63,984 nt of DNA, filler included, from Cladosporium halotolerans (GCF_011745625.1; 5 parts of 5 records of this genome joined end to end with filler, not necessarily neighbours in it), one strand, 5' to 3'. Shown: positions 49,764 to 62,189, numbered from the whole stretch's first letter. Made by a program: numbers and translations. Notes: generated by a model not told the origin, from the sequence alone.

Positions 49764-51194
49764 CTATAGAATAAAGCGTTTCTCTGACATGGCTCTCAAG
49801 AGGGAACTCTCATGGACCACGACATGGCCGAGTTTGTCTAAGTCGGAGGCGGGCTTATCCTCATTTGCCCACCGCGTTTCCATGTTGTCAGTGTCACCAT
49901 CCATCACTTTTACCATTGACGACGGGACATCATGCACCAAAGATTGATCGGGTCGAAATCTAAGACCGGCATGTATGATCTCAATCATCAAAAGACCTCT
50001 CAGACGTGCGCGTTCGCTTAGTCGCAAGCGTGCGGAGCGGAGGAGCTGTTCGAGCCGCTGGGCTTCGTCTTGCGCTTTGTCCTTGTGCATTCTGGAACAG
50101 ACTTTGTCAGAGCGTACGGTACAAGTCCCTCGCCAGATACTCGCTGGATTCGCGAACAAATCTGCACAGACTGAAGGGAGCGAGATGTCGAACTCCACCA
50201 GTCTTGGCAGGGCGCTGAGGATACTACAATCGTGCGCCTCTTCATCAGCCGAAAGGTGCCAGACCTTATCCGTCGCAAGAGGCAGCGGCCTATACTCCAG
50301 GAGACGTAAAGATTGGTCCGAAGCCTTTGCGACAGCCATGACGCCATGGACCGTGATAGTTGAGCTTCCGGTGACTTGGAGACTTTCTAGATTTGTGGCG
50401 GTCTTCGCGATGGCCAAAAAATCATTGTCGATCACCGGAGACACTCGCGTATCACCCGACAGTCGAAGTCGTCGGAGCCGACCAAAGCTTACGCGTGGGT
50501 CTCTGAGAGGGTCTGATACGTTCGTTCGATCCAGTTGATGAGCCTCATCCGCGGTCAAGTGCGAGCTTCGAACCTCTAGCGATCGAAGCGCTCTGCCATC
50601 GGAGGTTGTTGATTTGAGCAAGGCCACCCAGTGTTCTGGGCGTCCGCGTCGGAGCACCGTCCAAGGAATGGTTAAAATCTCCAAGTTGGGGCAAGACTGT
50701 GCGAGTGAAAGAATCCAACCGTCGGTCGTGACGGTGTGGAAGCCGTCAAACCACAGACGCCGCACATGCTGCGAGACCGCAGAGGATTGGGTCAGGAGCT
50801 CGTACGTCTTTCTCAAGTTGAGGTGGGGGTCGCGTTTCACAATGGTTCCTCTGGGAGCATCAACCAGCTCGTACAGCGGATATTTGGCGCGGCAGGAAGT
50901 CAAGTCGGCCCAGCGTTCATTACCCACAGGGCGTTGCTCGCGGATGTGCTGAAAGTTGTGGCAGACAACCCAGCTGCCCCATCTAGTGCACACCCGTCTG
51001 ATGGCTTGGGCAGCGTCCATGGCGACAAAGTCGTCGCGCGATGGACTCCGCACATATCTGTCGACCTTTGACGACCGCGGCTCGAAAGAGGAGCGGAGAC
51101 CATAATTGAAGCGGACTTCGTTTGTTCCGTTAGCACTCACGGCTCGCGTGAGGATGTTGTGAAGTATCTCTGTTGGAAGATCGTTGATGCCCAT
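49764..51194 (-). CDS. F-box-like / leucine-rich-repeat protein
   Basis: N-terminal INDLPTEILHNIL, LRR-like segments (HVRRLWFDGF, CPNLEILTIPW, LRSLEV, LRRLRLSGD, TNLESLQV) and a 476-codon intact frame. Confidence 0.75.
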   Translation of the reverse strand: MGINDLPTEILHNILTRAVSANGTNEVRFNYGLRSSFEPRSSKVDRYVRSPSRDDFVAMDAAQAIRRVCTRWGSWVVCHNFQHIREQRPVGNERWADLTSCRAKYPLYELVDAPRGTIVKRDPHLNLRKTYELLTQSSAVSQHVRRLWFDGFHTVTTDGWILSLAQSCPNLEILTIPWTVLRRGRPEHWVALLKSTTSDGRALRSLEVRSSHLTADEAHQLDRTNVSDPLRDPRVSFGRLRRLRLSGDTRVSPVIDNDFLAIAKTATNLESLQVTGSSTITVHGVMAVAKASDQSLRLLEYRPLPLATDKVWHLSADEEAHDCSILSALPRLVEFDISLPSVCADLFANPASIWRGTCTVRSDKVCSRMHKDKAQDEAQRLEQLLRSARLRLSERARLRGLLMIEIIHAGLRFRPDQSLVHDVPSSMVKVMDGDTDNMETRWANEDKPASDLDKLGHVVVHESSLLRAMSEKRFIL

Positions 51195-52861
51195 CGTTCT
51201 GCGCGGCTGTCCATGAAGTTGCGTTCGCACTGTGGTTTCGCCAGCGTGCGCGAACGAATGGAACCAAAGCTGCGATGAGTTGAGCTTGTACTCCGTCGAA
51301 AAATTAGCGGTTGCGATGTTCCTTCAAGCGATGGCGGTCATTATTGAGAGCGCCACGGCGGGTCCGCTCATGCTACAGCCAGGCAAGACGGCTTCATCCT
51401 TGCAGCGGGACGATCCTGTCGCATGCCTACGTCCAGCAATGGTTGGACCTCCGGCCTGAGGGCCGCATGTGGCGCCTCGCGACCTTCTAAGGCGAGATCA
51501 TCTTCATGGGTGCACGATGGTTCAACGCTCAACCTTCCGCACGTGAATCCGCCTGTGGATCCTTAACGAGTCATGACTGCAGTCAACTCTCCACATCAAC
51601 AAATGATCTTCGAAACGTCAGTCAAATGAGTGCCATACTGTGACACAAGATAAAATCTTGCACGTCTTCAACGTAAACTTAGGTAAGCTCTCTTGAGCCC
51701 TGGTAACATTACTGCATGTGTTGCATACACATCCACAGCAGATCGACAGACTGGGACCGCGTCGGCAATGGGGCTAAGGGCGGTCGGGCCCGATAGTTTT
51801 AGCGCTACTCGCCTCCAGGCTCTAGCCGTTGTAACGTTATCTCGGGTGTTGCCGGACTCGATGGTAATCAATGATTCCCCTGAAATGCGTTCCTACCACA
51901 TTATTCCAACAAGCGAATCGTCCGCCATTACAAGAATTTGCAACTCACCGCACCGCGTCTCTGTCCACGCTGCCGTTTTGAGGATGCAAGACACCTCCAC
52001 GTGGCCCTCGCTCATATCGTCTGACGACGCCATTCTCAACCCTCCGCAAATCTATCGCTTGGTCCATGATTTTCTTATCGTCTTCTATGGATTCTTTCTC
52101 CTAATCCTCCTCTGCTCTTGTCTCGCGTCCGCAGCTTCGACAAATCGCGTACGCAACGTGAGCTCAACGCTGTGAGGATTCCTGCGTTGCTTCGTATCCA
52201 GCGAGCAAGAGTTGCTGACTCTGGCTCTGCAGCACCTCTGCCGTCGGTGATGCGACTACAGTCTCAAACCTGATCTTCTTCATATCTATTTGCCACTTCG
52301 AACGCCAAGTGCAAGTAGCGGCCTACTCAACATGGCTGATATCGCAGGCCGTGGTTGCTTTTCTCTTCGCTTTTTGGATGCTGAGCCGAGAAGTTACAGG
52401 CATTCCCATGATCGAGTTCTGGTCAGACACTGAAGCCATCCGAGTGTTCTGCAATTCTTGACGTCTTCTCAGGCTTCTCAAATGTCTTTGCTTCTGGACG
52501 GGCAATGCTCTCTTTGCATGGCGATTCTTCAACGTCCCTTCAAATTGGGAGTCCATAAGCCCGCCCTTGACGGCCGTGGTAGTCGTTACTACCCTCATTC
52601 CAGACGTTATCTGTGCGAGCAAGTATACGCGTCAGTTCTTTCGAGGTTTATTCGGCAATGACCGCTCGAAGCATGCTGGAACAGCGAAGAATGGAGAGAA
52701 TCTGTCTTGAGTGTAGCATTATTCATTCCGGAGCTCAGGCTACACATCCCCTTAAAAGCTTTGAGATAAAATTATACATTGTGCTCCCGAGAGGATCCCA
52801 AATCTCCATCGACGCTCCGGTCCCAACGACAGATCTAAGTCGCTTTCCTTCTTGCCTGGGG

Positions 52862-53797
52862 CTACTCTCTATTGCAATTCATCCAATCCTCAGGACGTTC
52901 GTAGCCATTGTCAGAAGGACGCTGCAGCGAAACCACTTTGCCAAAGAGCAATTGAACCTTGCGATCTCTGTCACACACAGAGATCTTCCAGTCATCTGAC
53001 TCCTTCAACGCTGGCTCAGATTCGCCGTTACCGTATGTGAAAGCCGCAATGTATGCATCCAGGTCACTCATACTGACATCTCCACCGTTTGCCTTGTTGA
53101 TCTGCACCTTGACGCCCCACATATTTTTCGAAAACTCATACGAATGCTTTCCGGCAGAATCCTGGCCCCGGCGTCGCATGCTAGTAGAAGCATCTTTGTT
53201 GAGAGTAGCAGTTGCATGAGAGCCATTGGTGTGCACGTGGAAGAATGCTCCGCTATTTTGCACGTTGGTCCGAATGGCGATGCCGTCTGTGGGGTGAATG
53301 TCTGAGTGACCAATCGATACGGCTCGAATGGAGTGCTCTTCATGCATAACCTCCGAGAGATTGTCGTTGACTCGTTTCAAAAGTGCAGACTGCGCAGCGT
53401 CGTCCATGCGTCTGTACTTGCTTCCAGTTGCCTGCGAGGCTGCAGCCTGCTGTGAGCTCGTTGGAGTCGTGACGGAGAGGCTCGTCACGGACGCAGGTCC
53501 TACGTCCAGGACGGTGTCATTGGATACCGCATGTGCCGGCGTTTGCATCCCTCCCGACGTAGCCAATAAGACTGCAAGTGTGTCCCACAGAAGCTCTTTG
53601 ACGCAAACATTGCCAGTGCTCACAGCCTTTCCCGAAGCGTCGAATCCCGTGCAGCTACTGTAGAGCTCTTTTGTGGTGTTCGCATCAGGCTTCACGCTCA
53701 GTGCTTTGAAGCTGGAGAACGACCCTTCGAAGTAGTGGGAGGCTGCAAACGTACCGGAGATGACGCACGGCAGGACGAAGCTGGATTGAAACCGCAT
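52862..53797 (-). CDS. Secreted 311-aa protein with dibasic (Kex2-type) sites
   Basis: Signal-like MRFQSSFVLPCVISGTFAA, sites YRR, LKR and MRRR, four Cys in the mature part, no introns. Confidence 0.75.
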   Translation of the reverse strand: MRFQSSFVLPCVISGTFAASHYFEGSFSSFKALSVKPDANTTKELYSSCTGFDASGKAVSTGNVCVKELLWDTLAVLLATSGGMQTPAHAVSNDTVLDVGPASVTSLSVTTPTSSQQAAASQATGSKYRRMDDAAQSALLKRVNDNLSEVMHEEHSIRAVSIGHSDIHPTDGIAIRTNVQNSGAFFHVHTNGSHATATLNKDASTSMRRRGQDSAGKHSYEFSKNMWGVKVQINKANGGDVSMSDLDAYIAAFTYGNGESEPALKESDDWKISVCDRDRKVQLLFGKVVSLQRPSDNGYERPEDWMNCNRE

Positions 53798-54256
53798 TTT
53801 AACCGGGTTTGAGCCTCCTAGTGAAGGGGGCGGTGGGCTGGGTTGTTGGACTTTATTGGCCGAGTGGAAATAATGGCGCACAGATGGAGTCGAGGAACGT
53901 CTTGAAGTAGCACTTCTACTGTAGAGTTTGGTGTCCTCAGACCAAGTTCTGGCTGTGCTGTGCGGGACGCTTTTATATTGTATTGGCGAGTGTGCCTGGA
54001 TGACCCAGTCGACGGTCTGATGATTCTGACACGGAGGACCCGCTACGCTGGGAGACGCACAGGTTTGCCGGAGGTTGGCCCCCATGCACAAATCTTTCGA
54101 CCCCCTTCTGACTTCTTCCTGCAATCTACCAACAAGCAAATTTAGATGTAGCGTCTGCTGCAGGGGAATGCGTCGGCACAGATTCACACGTCAAGCTTCG
54201 GAGTCGATGTGAAAGCTGCTGGTCGCGCGCAAAGCTTCGACACTGCTCATTTGCTA

Positions 54257-56062
54257 CTATACTGACGAGGCTGATACGAGCGTTCCGGCGCCTCTTCTGC
54301 CCTCCAGCCTTTCCGCAGGCGCCTGATATTCACCTTTTGCTCTGGACCACCAGTCGATATACGTGACCGCAAGCGCCGTCGGAAACATGAGCGCGGCGCA
54401 GTTGAGGTCTTCCCATCCAGCTGGAGTCACATTAGGCCAGAAAGACCAAAAGAAGACAAAAAATGTGTGAGCCAGGGACCCGATGTTGATGGCAAAGCCC
54501 CATTTACCCAAGGTCCATCGGGATCGTGGGAGGCTGTCCGGGTGGTACACCCGTTGGTAGAGGATACAACCTACGCACACCATGTATGTCCAGAGGAGAC
54601 ACACCAAATTCAGCGATAGTATTGCCTTACTGGTTACAGTGTCAGAGCCTCGAAATAGTCATTGTATTGAAAGATCGTCTTACAACGCAATCTTCGATCC
54701 AAGGTTGATGAGTGAAAACAGCACTGTCGTGGCGGCGGTCAAGCAGATTGCGTTGATTGGAACTTGCAGCCCCGAATGGACTTTGGAAATCCATCGAGAG
54801 AACGGAAGCCCTCCGTCACGCGCGAACTGTTACAAGGTTAGCACATCCGCAATTACTCTTCATCAAGAGTCACTCACGGCCCAAATCTGTCTACTGCTGG
54901 CCGCATTGTGGGAAAGCGTGCCCGCTAATACCAAGGTGAGGACGATCGCTGCGATTGCATTCACCGTCTCCGGGCTGAACGCGGAATTGAGAACGAACAA
55001 GAAGGGGTAACCGCTAGGGTCGTGTAAGGCGCCTGGTACATCTGTGATGCAAAGCAGGTAGGAAATCAAGAACGACAGGCCCATCACGCCACTCAACAGG
55101 TATGAACATACCATGGATCTCGGTATAGTGCGAGCGGCGTTCTGCGAGGAGGCTTAGAAAATGGCGGAGAATTCGGATCTCATCGCGATGCATGGAGCCT
55201 ACCTTCGTTTCCTCGCCCATGTGCACGATCGCGTCCGAGCCAACGCAGGCGTAAACGGCGCTTATTTGTCCAACAAGGAGGGACGTCTTCATGTCCGGCC
55301 AACCGCCGTCGTTGGTGAACGCTGTCAGTAAGGCAGACGCTGGTAGACGCGGTGCGAATGCCAAGAGTAAAACGGTGGTCTGCATGGTCGTCAGGCGTAG
55401 CGCGAAAGTCGATCGCGATTGTGCGCACTCACAGCCAGGAAGCCGGACACGTAAAGTGTCATTATCAAAACTTGCAATAGCGGTGGCAAGCTGCCATTGT
55501 AGCAGTTTGCCCCGGCGATCACAAGTACCGTGCACCAGACAAGCAACGTGTCCTGCCACGTCGTCCAGCCATTCCATCCATAGTTTATTTCTACAAGAGA
55601 TCGAAACATCGTGCCAACCACAAATGGACCGGTGGCTGCGCCGGCCTGCCAGGCCACTGTCGACGTCCACCCGGTGACCTGTGAAAGGAATCGCCGGTGT
55701 TTGGACGGGGCGAGTTCTGACACCCAGTGGTAGGGTCCACTTGACGTCGGTGCCATCGACGCCATTTCGGCCAAACTCAGTACCATGAGAGCCATACCCA
55801 CAGAGGTCCAGACGTAAGTCCAAAACAGCCCGGCGATTCCGCCGTTTACGAGTCCGTCTGTTGAAGCGACCAGAAGCACCTCCCAGGACCCTTGAACAAT
55901 GACTGAAGTTGCCACTGACGAAACAAAGCGGTGCCGTCTCTTCAAACTTGGTTGGCGACCGACTCGTGCCATGTCCCGCCGATCGTGTTCCGACACGGCG
56001 TCATCATTGCTTCGGCTGATTAGTGGAACATGAGCGCTGTCCTGATCTCCTTGCACTGCCAT
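54257..56062 (-). CDS. Amino-acid permease (GABA/choline, ACT family), multi-exon
   Basis: DMARVGRQPSLKR, GLVNGGIAGLFW, SLAEMASMAPTSSGPYHWVSELAP, GSDAIVHMGEE, FARDGGLPFS and FFWSFWP. Confidence 0.93.
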
Positions 56063-57153
56063 GTCCAGATAACGATTTCCTTCTCGGGCTGCGGTTTTCG
56101 ACAGCAACAATGCTGTATCGGCCTTGGTCACCTGGAATATGGAAGATGGAAGGTATGATGTGCGAACCTGATCGCACCCGAGCTGGAGCCAGCCACGTGC
56201 GTTGCAAGAACGATGAGATCAGATGAGATCAGGACAATTTATGCGAAAGTCGCTGCGAGGCTCTCTAGTTGGAGGCTCGGACACCATCACGGATTCGACA
56301 AGGTCGGTGCGATTACTGTACCAGTGTAGACGTAACGTCAAAAGCACTTGGTGTTCTTTAGCAGTCAGGGCTTGTGGGTCCCAGATGGTCGATTTGTGGA
56401 GGGGATAGTCTATTGCGAGGACGCGACCTGGCTTATCGTCCGGCTAAACGTCCGAACGCGATCAGTCACTCATCCGTCAGCTCTTTGGAAGCGGATTCAT
56501 GCGAGGCGCCATTTCGCTGTGAAAGAGATGTATCCGGGACTACAGCGCACACTGTTGATTGCTGAGGGTTTACATAGTAGGAACGGGCGAACAAGGCTCC
56601 TCGGGGCCTAGTGACATATCGCTCGCTCCTGTCGTGAGTCATGCGCAACATTTTGCCGCTTGCACTACCAATCAGCTTGATGTTGCGCTAACAACCTTGA
56701 CTCGTTCATAAGCGAGGTGGAGGTGCAAGCATAAGCCCTGTCCATGCCGCTTCCTGCGCTCTGGCAGGCGCGCGGCACACCAGCTCTTCTCTCGGAACAG
56801 AGCGCTGCGCATACCCGGAGCGGGCCGTGCATTTGGGACTACGTGAAAGTCCCAAATGTACAGCAATCATGTGAGACACCAAGAACTCGATTTTGGCAGT
56901 ATCGGAAGGCTTCGGGGCTAAGCGGAAGGTGGCCCGGGTCAATTGTAGAGCGGCGCTATGACGATCTAGTGTGGCCACCACGGACTCAAGGCCTTGTCTC
57001 GTGAGCAGGCGCTCAAGGTCTTACAGTACCCTTTTGACGGCAAGAAACACCCACTTCGGGCGAGAGCAGATGATCTGAGCTCGTGTTGGGCAGAGAGCAC
57101 CTCGGGAGCAAACTCCCCTCCCACCGCTCTTCCAGTGCTTTCTCTCCTCCCAT

Positions 57154-58828
57154 CTAGTCCTCTTCCGCCGGTGGGCCTCCACCCGCTTTCTCGATACGCA
57201 CGAATCCAACGAAGATTATCAATGCCACGACGCCGCAAGCAAATTGGAGCCAGAAGGCATCCCGATATTTCATCGCTTCACCCTCGTCCGGCTGCGCATC
57301 ATTCACACCGCTAGCGATCCCGAGAAGCAACGCTCCTCCAAATTGCACCAGTGAGTGGGCCAGGCTGCCGGCCACACCTTGTTGATGAGGTGGAAGCTTC
57401 GTTTTAAGGAAGACGTTCACGAGGCTGTAGATCAGGTCGATGGATATTGTAGCGCAGACCATGGCGGGGAAAATCCATGCCCAGTAAGAAGGGTCATCTG
57501 GCGCGCAAATGAAAAGCACGGCCGACACAGCGACGGCGGAACTAGAAAATATCAGGACAATGGTACCGGAAACGACGTGCATCAGGTACCCGCCCAAGAT
57601 GGCAAGCAGGCAGCCTCCTATCGCCATGGGAGTGAACCAGGCAAACAGCTTCATGGGGCCTGCTCCGATCACGTTCCTAATGCTGTACCGTGTTAGTGGA
57701 CTGGCCATTCTTGCTGTCAATCAGAGGCAGGTGTAAGACGTACTACATTGTGGCATAGTATGAGTACAGACTGACAGCCCCGTAGCTGAGCAGCAGGCCG
57801 ATGAGCAGCGGTCGAATGTACTTAATCCGGAAGACCGAATACGGCACGAGCGGCTGCTCTGCCACCCACCCTTCCACGTAGATCGTAATCGCTAAGGCAA
57901 CGACCGCAGACGTTCCGGTGGCTATTATGGAGGATGACCGCCAGCCGTGCTCCGCGATCGGTGCCTGCGTGATAGTGAACACCGACAAGATCGCTGTCAC
58001 GGCGAGGGTCAAGCTGCCCAGCCAATCCATGCGTACGCCATCTGCTCTGGGAATCGTTGTCATCAAAGGCCTTGTGAAGTACGACCCGACCAGAGCGAGA
58101 GAGGCGAAGGCGCCGCCGATCCAAAAGTACCGGGACCAATGTGCGTACCGCGACACGACACTGGCTACGAGGATCCCAAGGAACGATCCCAAGGGCGCCA
58201 TGGCCCCATAGATGGAGAAGATCAAGTTCTTGCGTGTACCTGGGGTGTACGACGTTCCCAACGTGGCAAGGCCAGCGGGGAGGTGCGCCGCCGCTCCCAG
58301 GCCTTGCATGGCACGGCACACTGTGAGCATCCATAAATTCCTGGAAAGCGCTGCGAGCAGTGTCCACAACGAGCTCCACGCGATTCCTACCATATACACA
58401 AGTAAGCCGCCGCGTATGTCGGTAAGTCGTCCGAAAGTGAGTAGAAACGCTGAGACAACCAAAGACGTGATGCTGGCAGGCCAAGTGATGGATGAGTTGG
58501 TGAGGTCGAAATCGCGCATCAGCACCGGAGCCAGCGCGAAGAAGCCGCTCGTGAGATACTCGTCGAATATTTGGGACATGGCGATGGATGCGACAAAGCC
58601 GGCTTCGCGCCATGTGGATGTAAAACAGCATGGCCGTTCAGGGCCTGTTAGATGAGAATGTTGCCCCTGTGCTTCGTCGTCGTGCGTCAATGCAGACACT
58701 CGCGCGTGGAAGAGACTTTTGTCTTTCGAGATCCCGGTCAAAGGGTGGCCAGTCGGTTGACATGGTGCTTCCGAGTTGGCATTTTCGAATGCCGTGTCAG
58801 CAGTAGGAATAACCGGCTTCGTCTGCAT
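57154..58828 (-). CDS. MFS drug:H+ antiporter (DHA2, 14 TMS), one intron ~57697-57746
   Basis: FLLTFGRLTDIRG (motif A), CRAMQGLGAA, YGAMAPLGSFLG, MDWLGSL, EQPLVP and PPHQQGVAGSL. Confidence 0.93.
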
Positions 58829-59971
58829 ACTGTACTGCAAAGGCCAGGTGTTTGGTCGCTTTGTGGCCTGCGTGGTCACGGGGGACAGGGAAGACGAGAT
58901 GATTGACGCGATGACAGTGCTGTACGGTAGCTGTGCAAAACCTCGACATTCCAAAAGAACAGGCTTGAAATCATTCGCGTCCGGCGCCCAAATTTGCGCC
59001 GTCGGACCTGCTTCCAAGTCACTGCGTAGGAAGACGGGTGGTTGCGGATGCGAGAGGAGCAACGGTAGCTGACGTGTGACTGTCACAGTGGCATGGCCTA
59101 CCAGTTCATTTCGCCACTCGGCCCTGTCAGCGTCGACATTCCTGATCGGCGATCTCATCAACGCGCTCGATTGATATGTGTCCGGGCCACATGCTTGTCT
59201 ACAATAAAAGCTTTGGGTGCCCGCCACTGTGGTACTGTTATCTACCATCTACCCGCTGCAATCAACGCCGGCACGATACCATCTACGACCAAGTGTGTTG
59301 CAATCTATGTTGGTCGTTCACAACTCTCCTCTGGCCTCGAAAGAGGTGATACCGTTACAATTTTTGCTGACACCAGCCTCACAGAATGCCTCCGACCCTT
59401 CACAACATCGCCTTTCGCAACATGATCGAGAGCGACCCTCGCAAAGTATCGCGCTCGCAGATGCACCTGAGCATTCCGGCAAAAGTGGAGCAAGAGAAGG
59501 CCAAGGAGGGTACAAGTGCGAGTGTCGTCCAAGGATCAAAGCGACATATTGACTTGTCTGGCAATGCAATGTATGAACGGAATAGCACCACTTAGTCAGT
59601 ACATATCTGAGACGCTTGTTGAGGCTGAGAGGTCTCCAGACGTGCTAGGATTTGAGGAAGAAAGATGAGCGTGAATTTGAGAAGCCTCACTGCGAACAAA
59701 TTGCACGCGATGCCTGATTGAACATTTGGCAAGATACTGCAAATACAGTACGTATTGTGTTACTTCATACAGCATGGTGTGAGAAATATATGACCAATGC
59801 TCGTCGAGAAATCATTCCTGACCTTGCTCCTTTACAGCGCTTTGCGATAACATTCGATACTTTCATGTTACTACGGTCTTCCTCCTTCTGACTGCCAGGC
59901 TCATTGATCCTTCCGCTCAATAACCGCGTTCTCCACCGAAATCATCATCGTGACTCTGGTCTAATGTGTGC

Positions 59972-60546
59972 TCAGTCTATCCTTCCCTTGTGCGTCTGTA
60001 GGACGTCTGCAAGGGTCAAGCCTCTCGCATGAGCCAGCAGCTCCTGCATCCGCCTTCTTTCCATATGGACCTTCCGTGCGCGACGGAGATGACTCCTTAT
60101 CGCAGAGTACAGAGCGGTTTCCTCGGTGTCTTTTCCCGCAAATGTCGCTTCAGTGAGTGCTGTTCCTCGGTATCTGACAAGGAAATGACAGCAGGCGGCA
60201 ACAAAGTGGTCCACACTCAGGCGAACGGCTGCGCGGAAAATTCGCATCATCATCTCATTGTCCAGCTCTTGGAGGAAGAGTTTCTGCCATGGTATGAGCA
60301 ATTTATCACCGCTTTTGCTAATAGGTCTGCTTCTGTGTGCAAATTGATTGCACCAATCGAATAGCAACCGTAACGTGTTGCCCTCAATCTAGCCACTGTC
60401 AACGATACTGCCTCTCCCGAAGTTGAGTAATGCTTCAAGCTGACTTTTGGCAGAAAGATAGTATGGGCCTCAGCACTGCCTCCTCCAAGTAGGACTTTCT
60501 TCAGATATCCAGACTCGCTGGCCACACAACGCTCTCCAGAACGCGT
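59972..60546 (-). pseudogene. Divergent SKP1-like gene, 5' end cut by a pogo TIR; intron 60389-60444
   Basis: Spliced VLERCVASESGYLKKVL...IFLPK|IEGNTLRLLFDWC...IPWQKLFLQELDNEMMMRIFRAAVRLSVDHFVAACC...FAGKDTEE follows the SKP1 pattern (IPLPNV...L.KVIEWC...W D..F...D...LFELILAANYL.I..LL...C...IKGKTPEE). Confidence 0.7.
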
Positions 60547-60548
60547 TA

Positions 60549-60767
60549 ACGTGTTTCATCAGTACCCCGCGCATACCGGTACCCCGCGCACTTTCCCGGA
60601 GCCAGCCGAGAATAAGTTTTGAACGGCCTTGGGAACTTTGGAACTCGAGCGAATCAATGGGTGGATAGGATCTGTCATGACTGAAATCACTCAAAACGAT
60701 GTTATCGACGTGGGGGGAGGTGGTGGTGGATGTGGGGAAGGTGCTGGAGCTCGAAGCTCGACGCCCG
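60549..60767 (+). mobile_element. pogo/Fot1-type terminus running into the contig end
   Basis: TA(60547-60548)+ACGTGTTTCATCAGTACCCCGCGCATACCGGTACCCCGCGCACTTTCC, with internal direct repeat GTACCCCGCGCA x2 at 17-bp spacing. Confidence 0.8.
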
Positions 60768-60867
60768 NNNNNNNNNNNNNNNNNNNNNNNNNNNNNNNNN
60801 NNNNNNNNNNNTTAATTAATTAANNNNNNNNNNNNNNNNNNNNNNNNNNNNNNNNNNNNNNNNNNNN
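60768..60867. other. Artificial contig linker
   Basis: N-TTAATTAATTAA-N, 100 bp. Confidence 0.99.
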
Positions 60868-61400
60868 ACCTGGGCCTGGAGCGTCACTTTGGCTAGGAAA
60901 CAGCAGGCCGCGAGGTCAATGGCTTGACCCTACCTCAAAGGCCTTAGTCCCTGGAGCCACAGTACTGTAAACTGGCCGAGGTGCCGGGAACTGCGCGTGC
61001 CGACGCTCGATGCAACCCTTCACGATGGCAGGCCTGACTGAGTACCGCCATCTCGGCCAATACGGTGGAGGTCACGCGCTCCGTGGCTGGGTGCTGTCCC
61101 CCCATAGGGACTAGCATGGCCTACCGTCGTCACTGTGGTCGGGACAACGGATGCCGCGCGCTCTGCGGCTCGATACCGCTCTTCACAATGACAGGCCTTG
61201 CTGAAATGCGTCACCTTGGCCAATACGGCGGAGGCCGCACGTTGCCTGGCGTGAAATTTGCTTTTGTGATGGCAGACATGCCTGCTAGACCTCATATTTG
61301 CCATCGCGAAACGCCACCAAAGACACACCGGGCGCCGTTTTTCGTGTGCTCTGCCCAAGTCGTCTATCGAGGCGCTTGGCATGAATCGCCGCGCATGCTG
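60868..61400 (+). pseudogene. Decayed gene with ~54-aa internal repeats
   Basis: RHFG*ETAGR (60882), RHLGQYGGGH (61046) and RHLGQYGGGR (61209) at 163-164 bp spacing, so out of frame with each other. Confidence 0.5.
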
Positions 61401-62189
61401 ACTCACGCTCGGCAGTGGTAAGACTGATTTCTGGTCGGCACGAGGGTCAAGGCCTCACGTGGAGGTCGTTGTTTCTGCTATCCTGTCGATGTATTTGCGA
61501 TGGCGCAGAACAAAAGCCCACGAATTCTGGCTTGTTGTCGTGAAGTGAACGTGTGGCTCAGAATCTGTGGTCGTGAAGAGTCTTCGATGAGCCGCTACAC
61601 GGCGCGATCCAGTAAAGACGTTCGCCAGGAACGGAGAGAAGAGATGAGAAAGCGGAATGAAAGGAAAGAGACGATAAAATTGAATAAAGAAAGTTGGTGA
61701 TTCCAAAGCGCTTGGCCTCCGCCCTAGGCCGCTCAGGTAGCGCTGCACAGACGCCGATCCGTTTTCTGGAGAATACGGCTCTTCTTCCGTGCGCACTTGG
61801 CTGAAGAATGCACACAGCGCGCGGGGGCAAAGACTTGTCGAAGAGAACGCAGCTCCCCCTGTCGACAAACTGGTGTCAGTGGAGCTTGCGCTGCAGCGGC
61901 CAAAGATGAGAACAACGACAGCGGCGGCGAGACTGACAGCCGTTGACGGGGTCGAGGTCGATTTCGCGGAGCTCTGGAAGCATGGAACCCAAAAGATATG
62001 GCATGGGAGGATGGAGTTAGAAACCAATTTTCGAGGTTGGGCCCCGAGAGAAGTCTTGACCAGCCCTGGCTGGCTGGAATGAGTCTTGGCGAGTCCAATC
62101 GGGATCCTTGAACGGATGGTGGTACGCGTACACCCTCCGACAATGCTGACATGACATGGTACTGCACAGTATGACCATCATGTGTGTCC

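Noticed and set aside
53798..54187. N-terminal extensions in the ORF track (here, 11376-11606 and 58829-59248)
   Set aside because: They start at non-ATG or upstream codons, while the signal peptide or domain context points to downstream ATGs.
60549..60596. Introner-like element shared with 23787-23834
   Set aside because: The TA+ACGT start and paired 17-bp-spaced direct repeats fit a pogo TIR better, and there is no consistent 3' AG or host-gene orientation.
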